Shown piece after piece: positions 28,769 through 37,698 of a stretch of DNA of 64,000 bases. The notes under the pieces were generated by a model that worked only from the letters and a program-made list of their open reading frames with translations, made no database searches and was not told where the DNA came from. The translations under genes were made by a program, and so were the position numbers. The DNA comes from Pseudothermotoga sp. (GTDB lineage Bacteria > Thermotogota > Thermotogae > Thermotogales > DSM-5069). Position 1 is the stretch's first letter. Every line of letters begins with the position of its first letter. The stretch lies in NCBI GenBank assembly GCA_031962025.1, contig JAVRKW010000003.1; one strand, given 5' to 3'.

Positions 28769-29133
28769 CTGTGATGCTCCCCGTGCGAGTGTGCACAGCC
28801 CTGATCGCATTTTTCGAGCTTGCCGTCTTTGTAATCTTTCATGGCTTCTTCAACTTTTGCCGCGCGTGTTTTGAAAACCTCTATCCCTGCCTGCTCAAAG
28901 GCTGCTAAAGCTCCGGGACCAATTTCTTTAACAATCAGTGCGGTTGGATTCAAGGAAAGCAAGAAGTCCTTTGGTTTTCCAGTGCCACCAAAATGCTCGC
29001 CTGTGTTTGTTATTTTGCCGCTGATGACGAAATTTCCCTGATCGTCTAAATCAACAACGGTGAAGTACGGTGCCCTGCCAAAATGAGGAGAAATAGTAGA
29101 GCCGTCAAGAGTTGGTATGACAATTTTTTTCAT
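28765..29133 (-). CDS. NifB/NifX-family (dinitrogenase FeMo-cofactor biosynthesis domain) protein with His/Cys tail
   Basis: ISPHFGRAPYF, IGPGA, tail CDQGCAHSHGEHHR. Confidence 0.85.
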   Translation of the reverse strand: MKKIVIPTLDGSTISPHFGRAPYFTVVDLDDQGNFVISGKITNTGEHFGGTGKPKDFLLSLNPTALIVKEIGPGALAAFEQAGIEVFKTRAAKVEEAMKDYKDGKLEKCDQGCAHSHGEHHR

Positions 29134-29165
29134 CTTGTCCACCTCCTTTGTGGTTTCCATAGTTT

Positions 29166-29193
29166 ATTATAACACCTATGTGCAATTTGTCAA
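29166..29193 (-). promoter_or_regulatory. Consensus sigma70-type promoter of the nifX-like/padR/DUF5320 operon
   Basis: TTGACA-16-TATAAT on the minus strand. Confidence 0.8.
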
Positions 29194-29473
29194 TAAGGAC
29201 TGAGTGCATTTAAAAACTTTCCTTAACAGAAGCACGATAAATCAGCATGAAAGCTGTGATTTTGCTGCTGAAAGACATCTTCGCATTCTGGAGGATTTTG
29301 CTTGTATTACATATTGAAAAGGTGTTCCAAGATTGGTAGGACAGTGCAACGATACGATTGTGGCAATTGAAATAGCTCAGGCACTATCAGATGAATGAAA
29401 GATTCAGCGGTTTTTCAAATCTCTGATTTTTCCATTTGATAGCAAAAAGTGTATAATCAATTTTGGGTGATCG

Positions 29474-30592
29474 TTGATGCTGAGATCTTTTTTCAGAGCA
29501 AGAGTTCAGTTGCTCAGGGATTTTGTTAAACAAAGAGGTTTTGACGGCATTCTTTTGAGCAGGTGTGATAATTTTTCCTGGTTCACTTTCGGTGCGCGCA
29601 ATCACATTACTTTGGGCACAGAGACAGGTGCGGCTCATGTTTTTGTAAATCAGGAAAGCGTTTACATTCTCACAAACAACATAGAAAGAAAGCGCATCGA
29701 AAAAGAAGAACTTTATGAGGATCTGTCGTCTGAAATTGAATTTGCCGAATATATTTGGTCAAAGAACATGATAGATGTTCTAAAACCTTTTATAAGTGGC
29801 AAAAGGATCGCTTCTGATACCGGTATGTTTGAAACAATCAACTTGAAACCGCAGATAGATCAGCTCAGATATGTGATGAGTGATTTTGAATTGAAAACGT
29901 ATACAGATTTGGGAAGTACATGTGATCAAGTTTTGAACAGAGAAATGAAAGAGTTAAAACCAGACATGACTGAGCTTGAGGTTCAGGGTGTGATATACAG
30001 ATCACTGGCAAAAGAAGGAATTGAACCCATTTTTGTCATGGTGAGCGGCGAAGAGAGCGCGAGACTTTACAGACACAACCTGCCAAGAAATGTCCGACTG
30101 GGAAAGAAGGTGTTTGTGAGTATCTGTGCGCGCAAAAGGGGTCTGGTAGTTTCCGCTACAAGATCTGTTCTGTTTGAAAAAGACCATGCGCTGGCTGAAC
30201 AGCACAGGCAAAACTGTTATATCGATGCAATTGCGATCTCAAACTCAAAAGCCGGGGTCAAACTCAACACCGTCTTTGAGGAAATTAAAAGAGCCTATGC
30301 CGAAGTTGGCAAACCTTATGAATGGATGCTTCATCATCAGGGTGGTCTTGCAGGTTACAATCCAAGAGAAATAATAGCCAATGAATCTACAGAGTATGAA
30401 CTGAAAGTCGGTAATGTCCTTGCATGGAACCCGACGATTACGGGAACAAAATCCGAAGACACGATTGCCTTGACAGAAAATGGTCCTGTGATCATCAGTT
30501 ATTTCGAAAACAGCGATTGGCCATACGTTGAGTTTAAAATCAATGGTATACTGATCAAGAGACCGGATTTACTTGTTGTTGAAAGGAGGTGA
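29474..30592 (+). CDS. M24 family (Xaa-Pro peptidase/creatinase-like) protein
   Basis: Pita-bread fold cues: HHQGG-x-x-GY, WNPTITGTKSEDT. Confidence 0.75.
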   Translation: MMLRSFFRARVQLLRDFVKQRGFDGILLSRCDNFSWFTFGARNHITLGTETGAAHVFVNQESVYILTNNIERKRIEKEELYEDLSSEIEFAEYIWSKNMIDVLKPFISGKRIASDTGMFETINLKPQIDQLRYVMSDFELKTYTDLGSTCDQVLNREMKELKPDMTELEVQGVIYRSLAKEGIEPIFVMVSGEESARLYRHNLPRNVRLGKKVFVSICARKRGLVVSATRSVLFEKDHALAEQHRQNCYIDAIAISNSKAGVKLNTVFEEIKRAYAEVGKPYEWMLHHQGGLAGYNPREIIANESTEYELKVGNVLAWNPTITGTKSEDTIALTENGPVIISYFENSDWPYVEFKINGILIKRPDLLVVERR

Positions 30593-31449
30593 TGATTTTG
30601 TGGTCTTCGTTCATATTTGAGATATTCTGGATGGTTCTGATCCTGAGTTTCTTCATACCTTTCATTCGTGCAAACTCGCAAAGATCTGCCAGGGAAATGC
30701 TCATAAAGCAGCTTGAAGCAAAAAGAAAAAGCAGAGTTATCACTTTAATTCACCGACAGGAGTCGATGAGCTTTTTTGGGTTGACCTTTGGAAGATATAT
30801 AAACATAGAAGATTCTGAAGATGTGCTCAGAGCCATCAAATTGACTCCTGATGATATGCCAATAGATATTGTTCTTCACACTCCTGGTGGTCTGGTTCTG
30901 GCAGCCGAGCAGATTGCAAGAGCTCTGATCAGACACAAAGGGAAGGTAACTGTTTTCGTACCGCATTACGCAATGTCAGGTGGAACACTCATAGCGCTTG
31001 CGGCAGATGAAATAATCATGGATCCAAATGCCGTGCTCGGTCCACTCGATCCGCAGATTGGTGGTTATCCTGCACCGTCCATTTTGAGTGTCCTTGAAAA
31101 GAAAAACATCAACGAAATAGACGATGAAACGCTCATACTCGCAGATGTTGCAAAAAAGGCTATAGAACAGGTGAGGGATTTCATTGCCTGTTTGCTCACC
31201 GAAAAAGTCGGTGAACAAAAAGCACAGGAACTTGCACAGACACTGTCGAGTGGAAAATGGACACACGATTATCCAATAACCATAGAAGAACTCAAAAAGA
31301 TGGGACTCAATGTGTCCGACCAGATGCCAGAAGAGGTTTATCAGCTCATGAATCTGTACAAACAGGCAGAACAAAGAAGACCGTCTGTACAGTATATACC
31401 AGCTCCTTACAAAAGCAATGAACAAAACAACAAAGCGTATCGAAACTGA
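30589..31449 (+). CDS. SDH/DUF114 family ClpP-like serine protease, membrane anchored
   Basis: LHTPGG, AMSGGTLIALAADEI, GPLDPQ, WTHDYPI. Confidence 0.85.
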   Translation: MMILWSSFIFEIFWMVLILSFFIPFIRANSQRSAREMLIKQLEAKRKSRVITLIHRQESMSFFGLTFGRYINIEDSEDVLRAIKLTPDDMPIDIVLHTPGGLVLAAEQIARALIRHKGKVTVFVPHYAMSGGTLIALAADEIIMDPNAVLGPLDPQIGGYPAPSILSVLEKKNINEIDDETLILADVAKKAIEQVRDFIACLLTEKVGEQKAQELAQTLSSGKWTHDYPITIEELKKMGLNVSDQMPEEVYQLMNLYKQAEQRRPSVQYIPAPYKSNEQNNKAYRN

Positions 31450-31476
31450 ACAAATGTTTTGAAAAGGGGTATTTGA

Positions 31477-31986
31477 ATGGGATATGTCCATGTTTACACA
31501 GGCAATGGAAAAGGGAAAACAACAGCGGCTTTTGGTCTTGCACTGAGATCGGCTTGTGCGGGTAAGAGTGTTTACATCGGTCAATTCATAAAAGGTATGA
31601 GATACAGTGAACTTGATGTGCCAAAATACATACCAAATATCGTCGTCGAACAGTACGGCAGAGGTTGTTTCATCAAAGGTGTTCCAGCACAGGAAGATGT
31701 TGATGCCGCCAGAAGGGGTTTTGAAAAGGTTTCCAGGTACATTCTGGATGGTGCTTATGATCTTATAGTACTCGACGAAATCAACATAGCGGTGTATTTT
31801 AAACTTCTAACGGCAGATGAAGTACTCGATGTACTGACAAAAAGACACCAAAGACCCGAGGTGGTTCTCACAGGTCGTTACGCTCCAAAAGAGTTTATAG
31901 AATACGCAGATCTGGTTTCAGAAATAGTGGAAGTGAAGCACTACTACCAGAAGGGTGTACAGGCAAGAAAAGGTATAGAGTTTTGA
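31477..31986 (+). CDS. cobO: Cob(I)alamin adenosyltransferase, CobO/BtuR type
   Basis: YTGNGKGKTTAAFG, QFIKG, LDEIN, LTGR, ADLVSE, GIEF. Confidence 0.9.
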   Translation: MGYVHVYTGNGKGKTTAAFGLALRSACAGKSVYIGQFIKGMRYSELDVPKYIPNIVVEQYGRGCFIKGVPAQEDVDAARRGFEKVSRYILDGAYDLIVLDEINIAVYFKLLTADEVLDVLTKRHQRPEVVLTGRYAPKEFIEYADLVSEIVEVKHYYQKGVQARKGIEF

Positions 31987-32039
31987 TCAAAAAATTTCTG
32001 CCTTCTGATCTTCAATTTTTAAAAAGAAAATCACTGATT

Positions 32040-32069
32040 TTGACTTGAACCTGGAATAAGTGTTATAAT
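32040..32069 (+). promoter_or_regulatory. Promoter of the FN3-lipoprotein/subtilase operon
   Basis: TTGACT-18-TATAAT with extended -10 TG. Confidence 0.7.
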
Positions 32070-32179
32070 TGTCGCGATATTAAACTTATTTAATCGCAGG
32101 AATAAGTTTATTTAAAATGCCAGTTTTTTATTATATCTAAAACGAAAATGGTTTTTGACTTCACAAAGGGGGTGTATTG

Positions 32180-34036
32180 ATGAGTAAGAAGTGGTTGTTG
32201 TTAGTAGGTGTTATTGTAGTGGCACTGTATGGATGCTTTGGTCCTATCAACCGCATTCCGCAGGTTTCTTTGATCTATCCACAAGATGGTGCGCAGTTGG
32301 CAGTTCTTGCTTCGACAAAAGCCGTGACATTGAAATCCACTGCGACAGATCCAGAAGGGCAGAGTCTGACTTTCGATGTCTACATGGGAACAAGTGCTTC
32401 TAATCTTTCAAAGATTGCAACTGTCAACGAGCCGGAGTACACTGTGGAAAATCTAACACCCGGGCAAACCTACTACTGGAAGGTTGTTGTTTCTGACGGT
32501 AAAAACTTCGTGGAAAGTCCTGTTTGGAGATTCACCGTTGGTGGCAATCATTCACTGGTGAAGGTACTTGACTTTACAACTGGAAGTGCAACTGTTGGAG
32601 CAACTGTAGACATCCTTCAGGGTTCACAGAAAATCATCTCAACGACGACAGATGAAAATGGTCATGCGGAGTTCTATCTACCTGATGGCAGATACGACAT
32701 TAAAATCACCGGTGAAGGAAAAGCCACAAGCATGGTTCAAAACTACGATCCAAAAATTTTACAGACCATAGAAACACTTTCAAGAAGAGCCATGACAGAT
32801 TACGATGTTATTCCAGATGTAACCGTGCAACTGTTCACACCAGAAGGCACTCCCATAACTGACCCAGAGGCTACGACACTGACATTTGACTCTATAAAGG
32901 TCAAGGTCACAAGCTCAGAATTGATGAATGTAATGTACATTGCTCTGGACTATGTGCCCAGTGCTGTTGCAAGGGATGCTTCTGTTTTAAATGTCAGTGA
33001 GTACACAGCAACATTGTCTCTTTCAAGATTCGATAATGTCACAGTTCCAATGCATGTTGTAGTTTACACAGTTAATGATTCAAGATTGGACAAAATCGTT
33101 TATCTTACAATCGACAGAAATCCACCAGAAGTTACCAGCAGGGTTGCCCCCACAGGACTTTGGTATTTTGGCTGGACAAGCGATGCCGATGTGGAATATT
33201 ACAGACTGCCCAATCCAATTAAACAGATTCTTGAAAAAAGATTGCCAAAAGAGATGATTGAAGAGCTCAAAAACTACAAGCCCGAGCACAACATACCAGA
33301 AACGAACATTTTTGTACAGCTTGCCTGGACTCATGCACCAGCTACTAACAGAGCCGGGTACAACATCTACAGATCAACTGATGGTGAGAATTGGGAAAAA
33401 ATAGCATTCACCACAACTTATTACCGGTTTGATAAGGGCTTTGATCTTGAGCCGGGTAAAAAATACTATTACACGGTTAGGACAGTCTATAAGGATGGAA
33501 CTGAATCAGAAAACAGCAACGTTGTTGAAGTGATACCGCTTGATCTATTCAAGGTCAAACTGATTTCTCCTTCGGATAATGAAACAAATGTTTCAAGAAC
33601 ACCAACTTTCAGATGGAAACCAGTTGACTGGAGAGATCAAAATTCAACACCGCACATAGGTGGAGATCTCATAGACGATGAAGACATTCTTTTCATTTAC
33701 GAAAACAGCCCTTGGATTTACGATCAGGCTGTAAGTGATCAGCATATTTTTTATAATGCAAATATTGTAACTGGTGGACCACAGGAAGTAATACTTGCGT
33801 TTGATCCATACTCTGACAATGACTGGACAAGAATTTTGCCAGATGGAAGTAGAGTAGGTCAATCAGAGCCTCTTGAAAAATTCAAAACCTATGAATGGGG
33901 ACTTGATTTAGCAGTTGCTCTTTATCAAACAGATGATGGATATTGGGTTTCTTCAACGATTGATCTTGGATATGGTTATGATAGATGGACAAATGAAGCT
34001 GATTATTACAATCGATTCACAACGGGCGAGAACTGA
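32180..34036 (+). CDS. Lipoprotein with fibronectin type III / Ig-like domains
   Basis: Lipobox LYGC; LTPGQTYYWKVVVSDG, GYNIYRS, LEPGKKYYYTVR. Confidence 0.8.
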   Translation: MSKKWLLLVGVIVVALYGCFGPINRIPQVSLIYPQDGAQLAVLASTKAVTLKSTATDPEGQSLTFDVYMGTSASNLSKIATVNEPEYTVENLTPGQTYYWKVVVSDGKNFVESPVWRFTVGGNHSLVKVLDFTTGSATVGATVDILQGSQKIISTTTDENGHAEFYLPDGRYDIKITGEGKATSMVQNYDPKILQTIETLSRRAMTDYDVIPDVTVQLFTPEGTPITDPEATTLTFDSIKVKVTSSELMNVMYIALDYVPSAVARDASVLNVSEYTATLSLSRFDNVTVPMHVVVYTVNDSRLDKIVYLTIDRNPPEVTSRVAPTGLWYFGWTSDADVEYYRLPNPIKQILEKRLPKEMIEELKNYKPEHNIPETNIFVQLAWTHAPATNRAGYNIYRSTDGENWEKIAFTTTYYRFDKGFDLEPGKKYYYTVRTVYKDGTESENSNVVEVIPLDLFKVKLISPSDNETNVSRTPTFRWKPVDWRDQNSTPHIGGDLIDDEDILFIYENSPWIYDQAVSDQHIFYNANIVTGGPQEVILAFDPYSDNDWTRILPDGSRVGQSEPLEKFKTYEWGLDLAVALYQTDDGYWVSSTIDLGYGYDRWTNEADYYNRFTTGEN

Positions 34037-34053
34037 GATAGAAGGGGGTGAAA

Positions 34054-35784
34054 ATGATGAAGAGATTGATTGTCGTATTGACTTTAAGTGTTGTTTTATT
34101 ACTCGCAGGATGTATGAGCAATATTCAAAAAGATTCTAAGCCTGAAGATATAGTAGCGGCAATAGACAAAGATGCAGAGCCAATGAGCAATGTAGTCATC
34201 ATCGGATACAAAGATGGAAACAGACAAGATGTGATAAATCTGATCAAATCAATAGACGAAAATGCGACAGTGCGCGTCGATCTAAAACTCAGCCAGACAA
34301 ATGTCATAAGTTTTAACACGTCTAAAGATTACAGCACGATCAGACAAGAAATCATCGATAAACTTAAAGCCGACGAAACACTGAAAGAAAAGATCAACTA
34401 CGTTGAACCAAGTTATAAGAGATATTTGATCGAGCCAGTTACCAACAACAACTGGAAAGATACGGAGCTGTTGACAAAAACAAAACAAACCTATGTAAAC
34501 CAGCAGGAAGAGTTTTTTGAAAAGTACATGTGGGGTATCAGAAAGGTGAAAGCACCTGAAGCGTGGAATATGGGATATACAGGCAAAGGAGTCATCGTGG
34601 CTGTTGTCGACACAGGCGTCGATGGAACTCACCCCGATTTACAGGGTCAGCTTGTTGAAGGATACAGACCATTAACAGATGAACTTTTGCCACCCGATTC
34701 AGACAGCTCTTTTGGTGGATCTCACGGAACACATGTTGCCGGCACAATAGCTGCAAGTGACAACTCAATAGGCGTTGTTGGTGTGGCACCAGATGCAAAG
34801 ATAATGCCAATCGTGATATTTGACACTGGTGAACCAGAAACTGGTGGAGATGGCGCTTACATAGGAGATGACTATGTAGCAGAAGGTTTTATGTGGGCTT
34901 TTGAACATGGTGCAAGGATTTTTTCTAACAGTTGGGGTGGAAAAGGTTATTCAATCACACTGGCTTATACTATTGCAGAAATTATGTATTATGGAGGAAT
35001 TTTTGTTGCTTCGGCTGGTAATAGCCACACAGATGAAATTCACTATCCATCGTGTTATCCTGGGGTTATAAATGTTGCTGCAAGTACAGCCAACGATGGT
35101 ATAACGCAATTTTCAACTCGTGGCAGATGGATAACTGTTGCAGCACCGGGTGATTTCACAATTCTTTCAACTGTTCCGCTTTGGGATGAGGAAGAATTTT
35201 TCGATGGAGAAAATCCGTATGCACTGTACGGTGGCACATCGATGGCTACTCCACATGTTTCTGGTGTAATTGCACTGCTTTTGGAAAAACTGGGACTGGG
35301 TGTCGATGGATTTGTTCCAACTGGGTCTAGCATACTTGATGGCAAGTCACGAGTGGCTTTAGAAACACCATACACAGCTTATCAAATAAGAAAACACATT
35401 GCGGCAACGGCAGATGATATCATGGCACCTGGTTTTGATCATGACAGTGGCTGGGGTAGAGTGAATGCACAAAAAGCTCTCACACAAGATCTTCCATCTG
35501 ATAAAGGTGCAAATGTTTATTTCCAATTTTATCTAACATCAGGAGAACCTGCTCCTTACGTTTATGTGACGCTCTATCCGCACGACGATACTGTACCAGT
35601 TTATTATGGAAAATCATATGATGATGGCTCTCTGCCAATTATCGGTATCGAGCCGGGTGTATATGATGTGTACATGGCTTATGGCGATGCCGCATATTTG
35701 GGAATATCTACTAGTGAGCAAAAGACCTATCATAAGACAATAACTATTCAAAGTGGCGATAATCCTATCGTGCAGGTTTTTTGA
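34054..35784 (+). CDS. Subtilisin-like S8 serine protease, lipoprotein with prodomain
   Basis: Lipobox LAGC; triad VAVVDTG / HGTHVAG / GTSMATPHV; oxyanion SAGN. Confidence 0.95.
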   Translation: MMKRLIVVLTLSVVLLLAGCMSNIQKDSKPEDIVAAIDKDAEPMSNVVIIGYKDGNRQDVINLIKSIDENATVRVDLKLSQTNVISFNTSKDYSTIRQEIIDKLKADETLKEKINYVEPSYKRYLIEPVTNNNWKDTELLTKTKQTYVNQQEEFFEKYMWGIRKVKAPEAWNMGYTGKGVIVAVVDTGVDGTHPDLQGQLVEGYRPLTDELLPPDSDSSFGGSHGTHVAGTIAASDNSIGVVGVAPDAKIMPIVIFDTGEPETGGDGAYIGDDYVAEGFMWAFEHGARIFSNSWGGKGYSITLAYTIAEIMYYGGIFVASAGNSHTDEIHYPSCYPGVINVAASTANDGITQFSTRGRWITVAAPGDFTILSTVPLWDEEEFFDGENPYALYGGTSMATPHVSGVIALLLEKLGLGVDGFVPTGSSILDGKSRVALETPYTAYQIRKHIAATADDIMAPGFDHDSGWGRVNAQKALTQDLPSDKGANVYFQFYLTSGEPAPYVYVTLYPHDDTVPVYYGKSYDDGSLPIIGIEPGVYDVYMAYGDAAYLGISTSEQKTYHKTITIQSGDNPIVQVF

Positions 35785-35800
35785 TGTACTAATGTTGAAC

Positions 35801-35831
35801 AAAAAAGAGGGGCTTTTGCCCCTCTTTTTTT
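35801..35831 (+). terminator. Rho-independent terminator
   Basis: aaaaaagaggggc-tttt-gcccctcttttttt. Confidence 0.9.
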
Positions 35832-36005
35832 AGCAACATTTTTGTTCAGGACAACCTTTAAACGATCTTTTGAGTACAAAGTAAAACTGTCAAGATGTTC
35901 TGAATGTGTCAAGCTTGTTTAATAAATTAGAAAGCATGCGTTTTTGTAGGTGAATGGCAGTTCACATGGTACAATTTTTTTGTCATGTCACAGGAGGTGG
36001 TTGTT

Positions 36006-37361
36006 TTGTACGATGCAGTTGTGATCGGTGCCGGTCCAGGTGGATATGTTGCCGCAATAAAACTTGGACAGAGAGGTAAAAAAGTTGCGTTGGTGGAAAA
36101 GTCATTTGTCGGTGGTACATGCACAAACTGGGGCTGTATACCGACAAAAGCGCTTTTGAGCAGTGTTCATCTTTATTCAGAGATCGTGGAAAAATCAAAG
36201 CAGTTGGGTGTGAATGTGGAGAATGTACAGTACGACTTTTCTGCGATGAAAAATCACATGAACAGAGTTGTCACCATGTCCAGAAAAGGCATCGAATATC
36301 TGCTGAAAAAGTACAATATCGAACTCATAAACGCACAGGCAACGATAGAATCACACAACCTTGTGAGAGCAGGTGAATTGAAACTTGAAACCAGAAACAT
36401 AGTCATCGCAACGGGTTCTTACCCGTCGCTGATACCACCATTTGATGGAGTACCCGGTGTCTGGACAAGTGACGATGTTTTTAAGATGGAAAATCTACCA
36501 CAGAGCATCTTGATAGTTGGCGGTGGAGTGATAGGTGTTGAATTTGCGACCTTTTTCTCTGCGCTGAAAGTACCGGTTGTCATTGTCGAACTCATGGAGC
36601 ACATACTTCCAACAGAAGATAAAGATGTGGCAGAGCTGATAGCCAGATCACTTAAAAAAAGAGGGGTACAGATATACGAGTCTTCAAAAGTAACTGGTGT
36701 TGAGCCGGTAGACGGAGGTTTTAAATGTTCAATAGAAACAAAAGAAGGAACGATTGAAAAAATATCACACAAGGTTCTCGTCTCTATTGGAAGAAGACCG
36801 AAGATAGGTGAAGATGTCAAAGCGCTTGGTATTGAAATACAAAGAGGGATTAAGACAAATCAAAAGATGCAGACAAATATTCCAAATATCTATGCCGTCG
36901 GCGATGTGAGAGGTCAGATAATGTTGGCGCATGTCGCTATGTGTGAGGGTGTTGTGGCGGCGAAAAACATCTGTGGTGAGGAAGCACACATGGATTATTC
37001 GGCGGTGCCAAGCGTGATATTTTCAAATCCAGAGATTGCGAGTGTTGGAGTACATGAAAAAGATGTTGATCCTTCCAAGGTCAAGATATTCTCATTCCCG
37101 CTGAGCGCAAACGGAAGGGCAAGAACGATTTTGGAAAAGGAAGGTTTTGCAAAGTTGATCGCAGATAAGCAAACTTTGAGAGTGCTCGGTATGACGATCG
37201 TCAGCCCATCGGCAACCGATATGATAATGGAAGGTGTTATAGCAGTTAGAAACGGTCTGAATGCAAAACAGCTCGAAGAATCCATCCATCCACATCCAAC
37301 CCTGACCGAGACGGTTCTCGGTGCCATAGAAGGCGTTGTTGAAATGCCGATACATCTGTAG
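36006..37361 (+). CDS. lpdA: Dihydrolipoamide dehydrogenase
   Basis: GAGPGG, GGTCTNWGCIPTK, GGGVIG, HPHPTLTE; SD aggagg favours TTG 36006. Confidence 0.93.
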   Translation: MYDAVVIGAGPGGYVAAIKLGQRGKKVALVEKSFVGGTCTNWGCIPTKALLSSVHLYSEIVEKSKQLGVNVENVQYDFSAMKNHMNRVVTMSRKGIEYLLKKYNIELINAQATIESHNLVRAGELKLETRNIVIATGSYPSLIPPFDGVPGVWTSDDVFKMENLPQSILIVGGGVIGVEFATFFSALKVPVVIVELMEHILPTEDKDVAELIARSLKKRGVQIYESSKVTGVEPVDGGFKCSIETKEGTIEKISHKVLVSIGRRPKIGEDVKALGIEIQRGIKTNQKMQTNIPNIYAVGDVRGQIMLAHVAMCEGVVAAKNICGEEAHMDYSAVPSVIFSNPEIASVGVHEKDVDPSKVKIFSFPLSANGRARTILEKEGFAKLIADKQTLRVLGMTIVSPSATDMIMEGVIAVRNGLNAKQLEESIHPHPTLTETVLGAIEGVVEMPIHL

Positions 37362-37389
37362 CCCTTATAAATTCACGGAGGTGATGCCC

Positions 37390-37698
37390 TTGCGCAGAAT
37401 AACAGCTCACCCGATCCTGGATGTCAAAACACCCAAGATCGTGAAGTTTTTCTTCGAAGGCAGAGAACTTGAAGCCTTTGAGGGAGAGACGATAGCCGCG
37501 GCACTTGTGGCAAATGGCATCGATGTCTTTGGACAGACAGAACATTCAAGACCAAGGGGATTTTACTGTGCAATAGGTAAGTGCTCTTCGTGCCTTGTAA
37601 TCGTCGACGGCGTACCAAATGTTCGAAGCTGTATCACTCTTGTTAGAGAAGGAATGCAGGTGAAAAGGCAGATTGGCAGAGGTGAAATAACATGGTGA
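37390..37698 (+). CDS. 2Fe-2S subunit of a sarcosine-oxidase/dye-linked proline dehydrogenase-like complex
   Basis: GETIAAAL, RGFYCAIGKCSSC...RSC. Confidence 0.85.
   Translation: MRRITAHPILDVKTPKIVKFFFEGRELEAFEGETIAAALVANGIDVFGQTEHSRPRGFYCAIGKCSSCLVIVDGVPNVRSCITLVREGMQVKRQIGRGEITW

Noticed and set aside
31450..31477. Cobalamin riboswitch before cobO
   Set aside because: The gap is under 30 bp and no B12 box was recognised in nearby intergenic regions
35832..35984. Repeated TGTCAAG as antisense promoters or an sRNA
   Set aside because: The minus-strand TTGACA copies lack a convincing -10 at correct spacing
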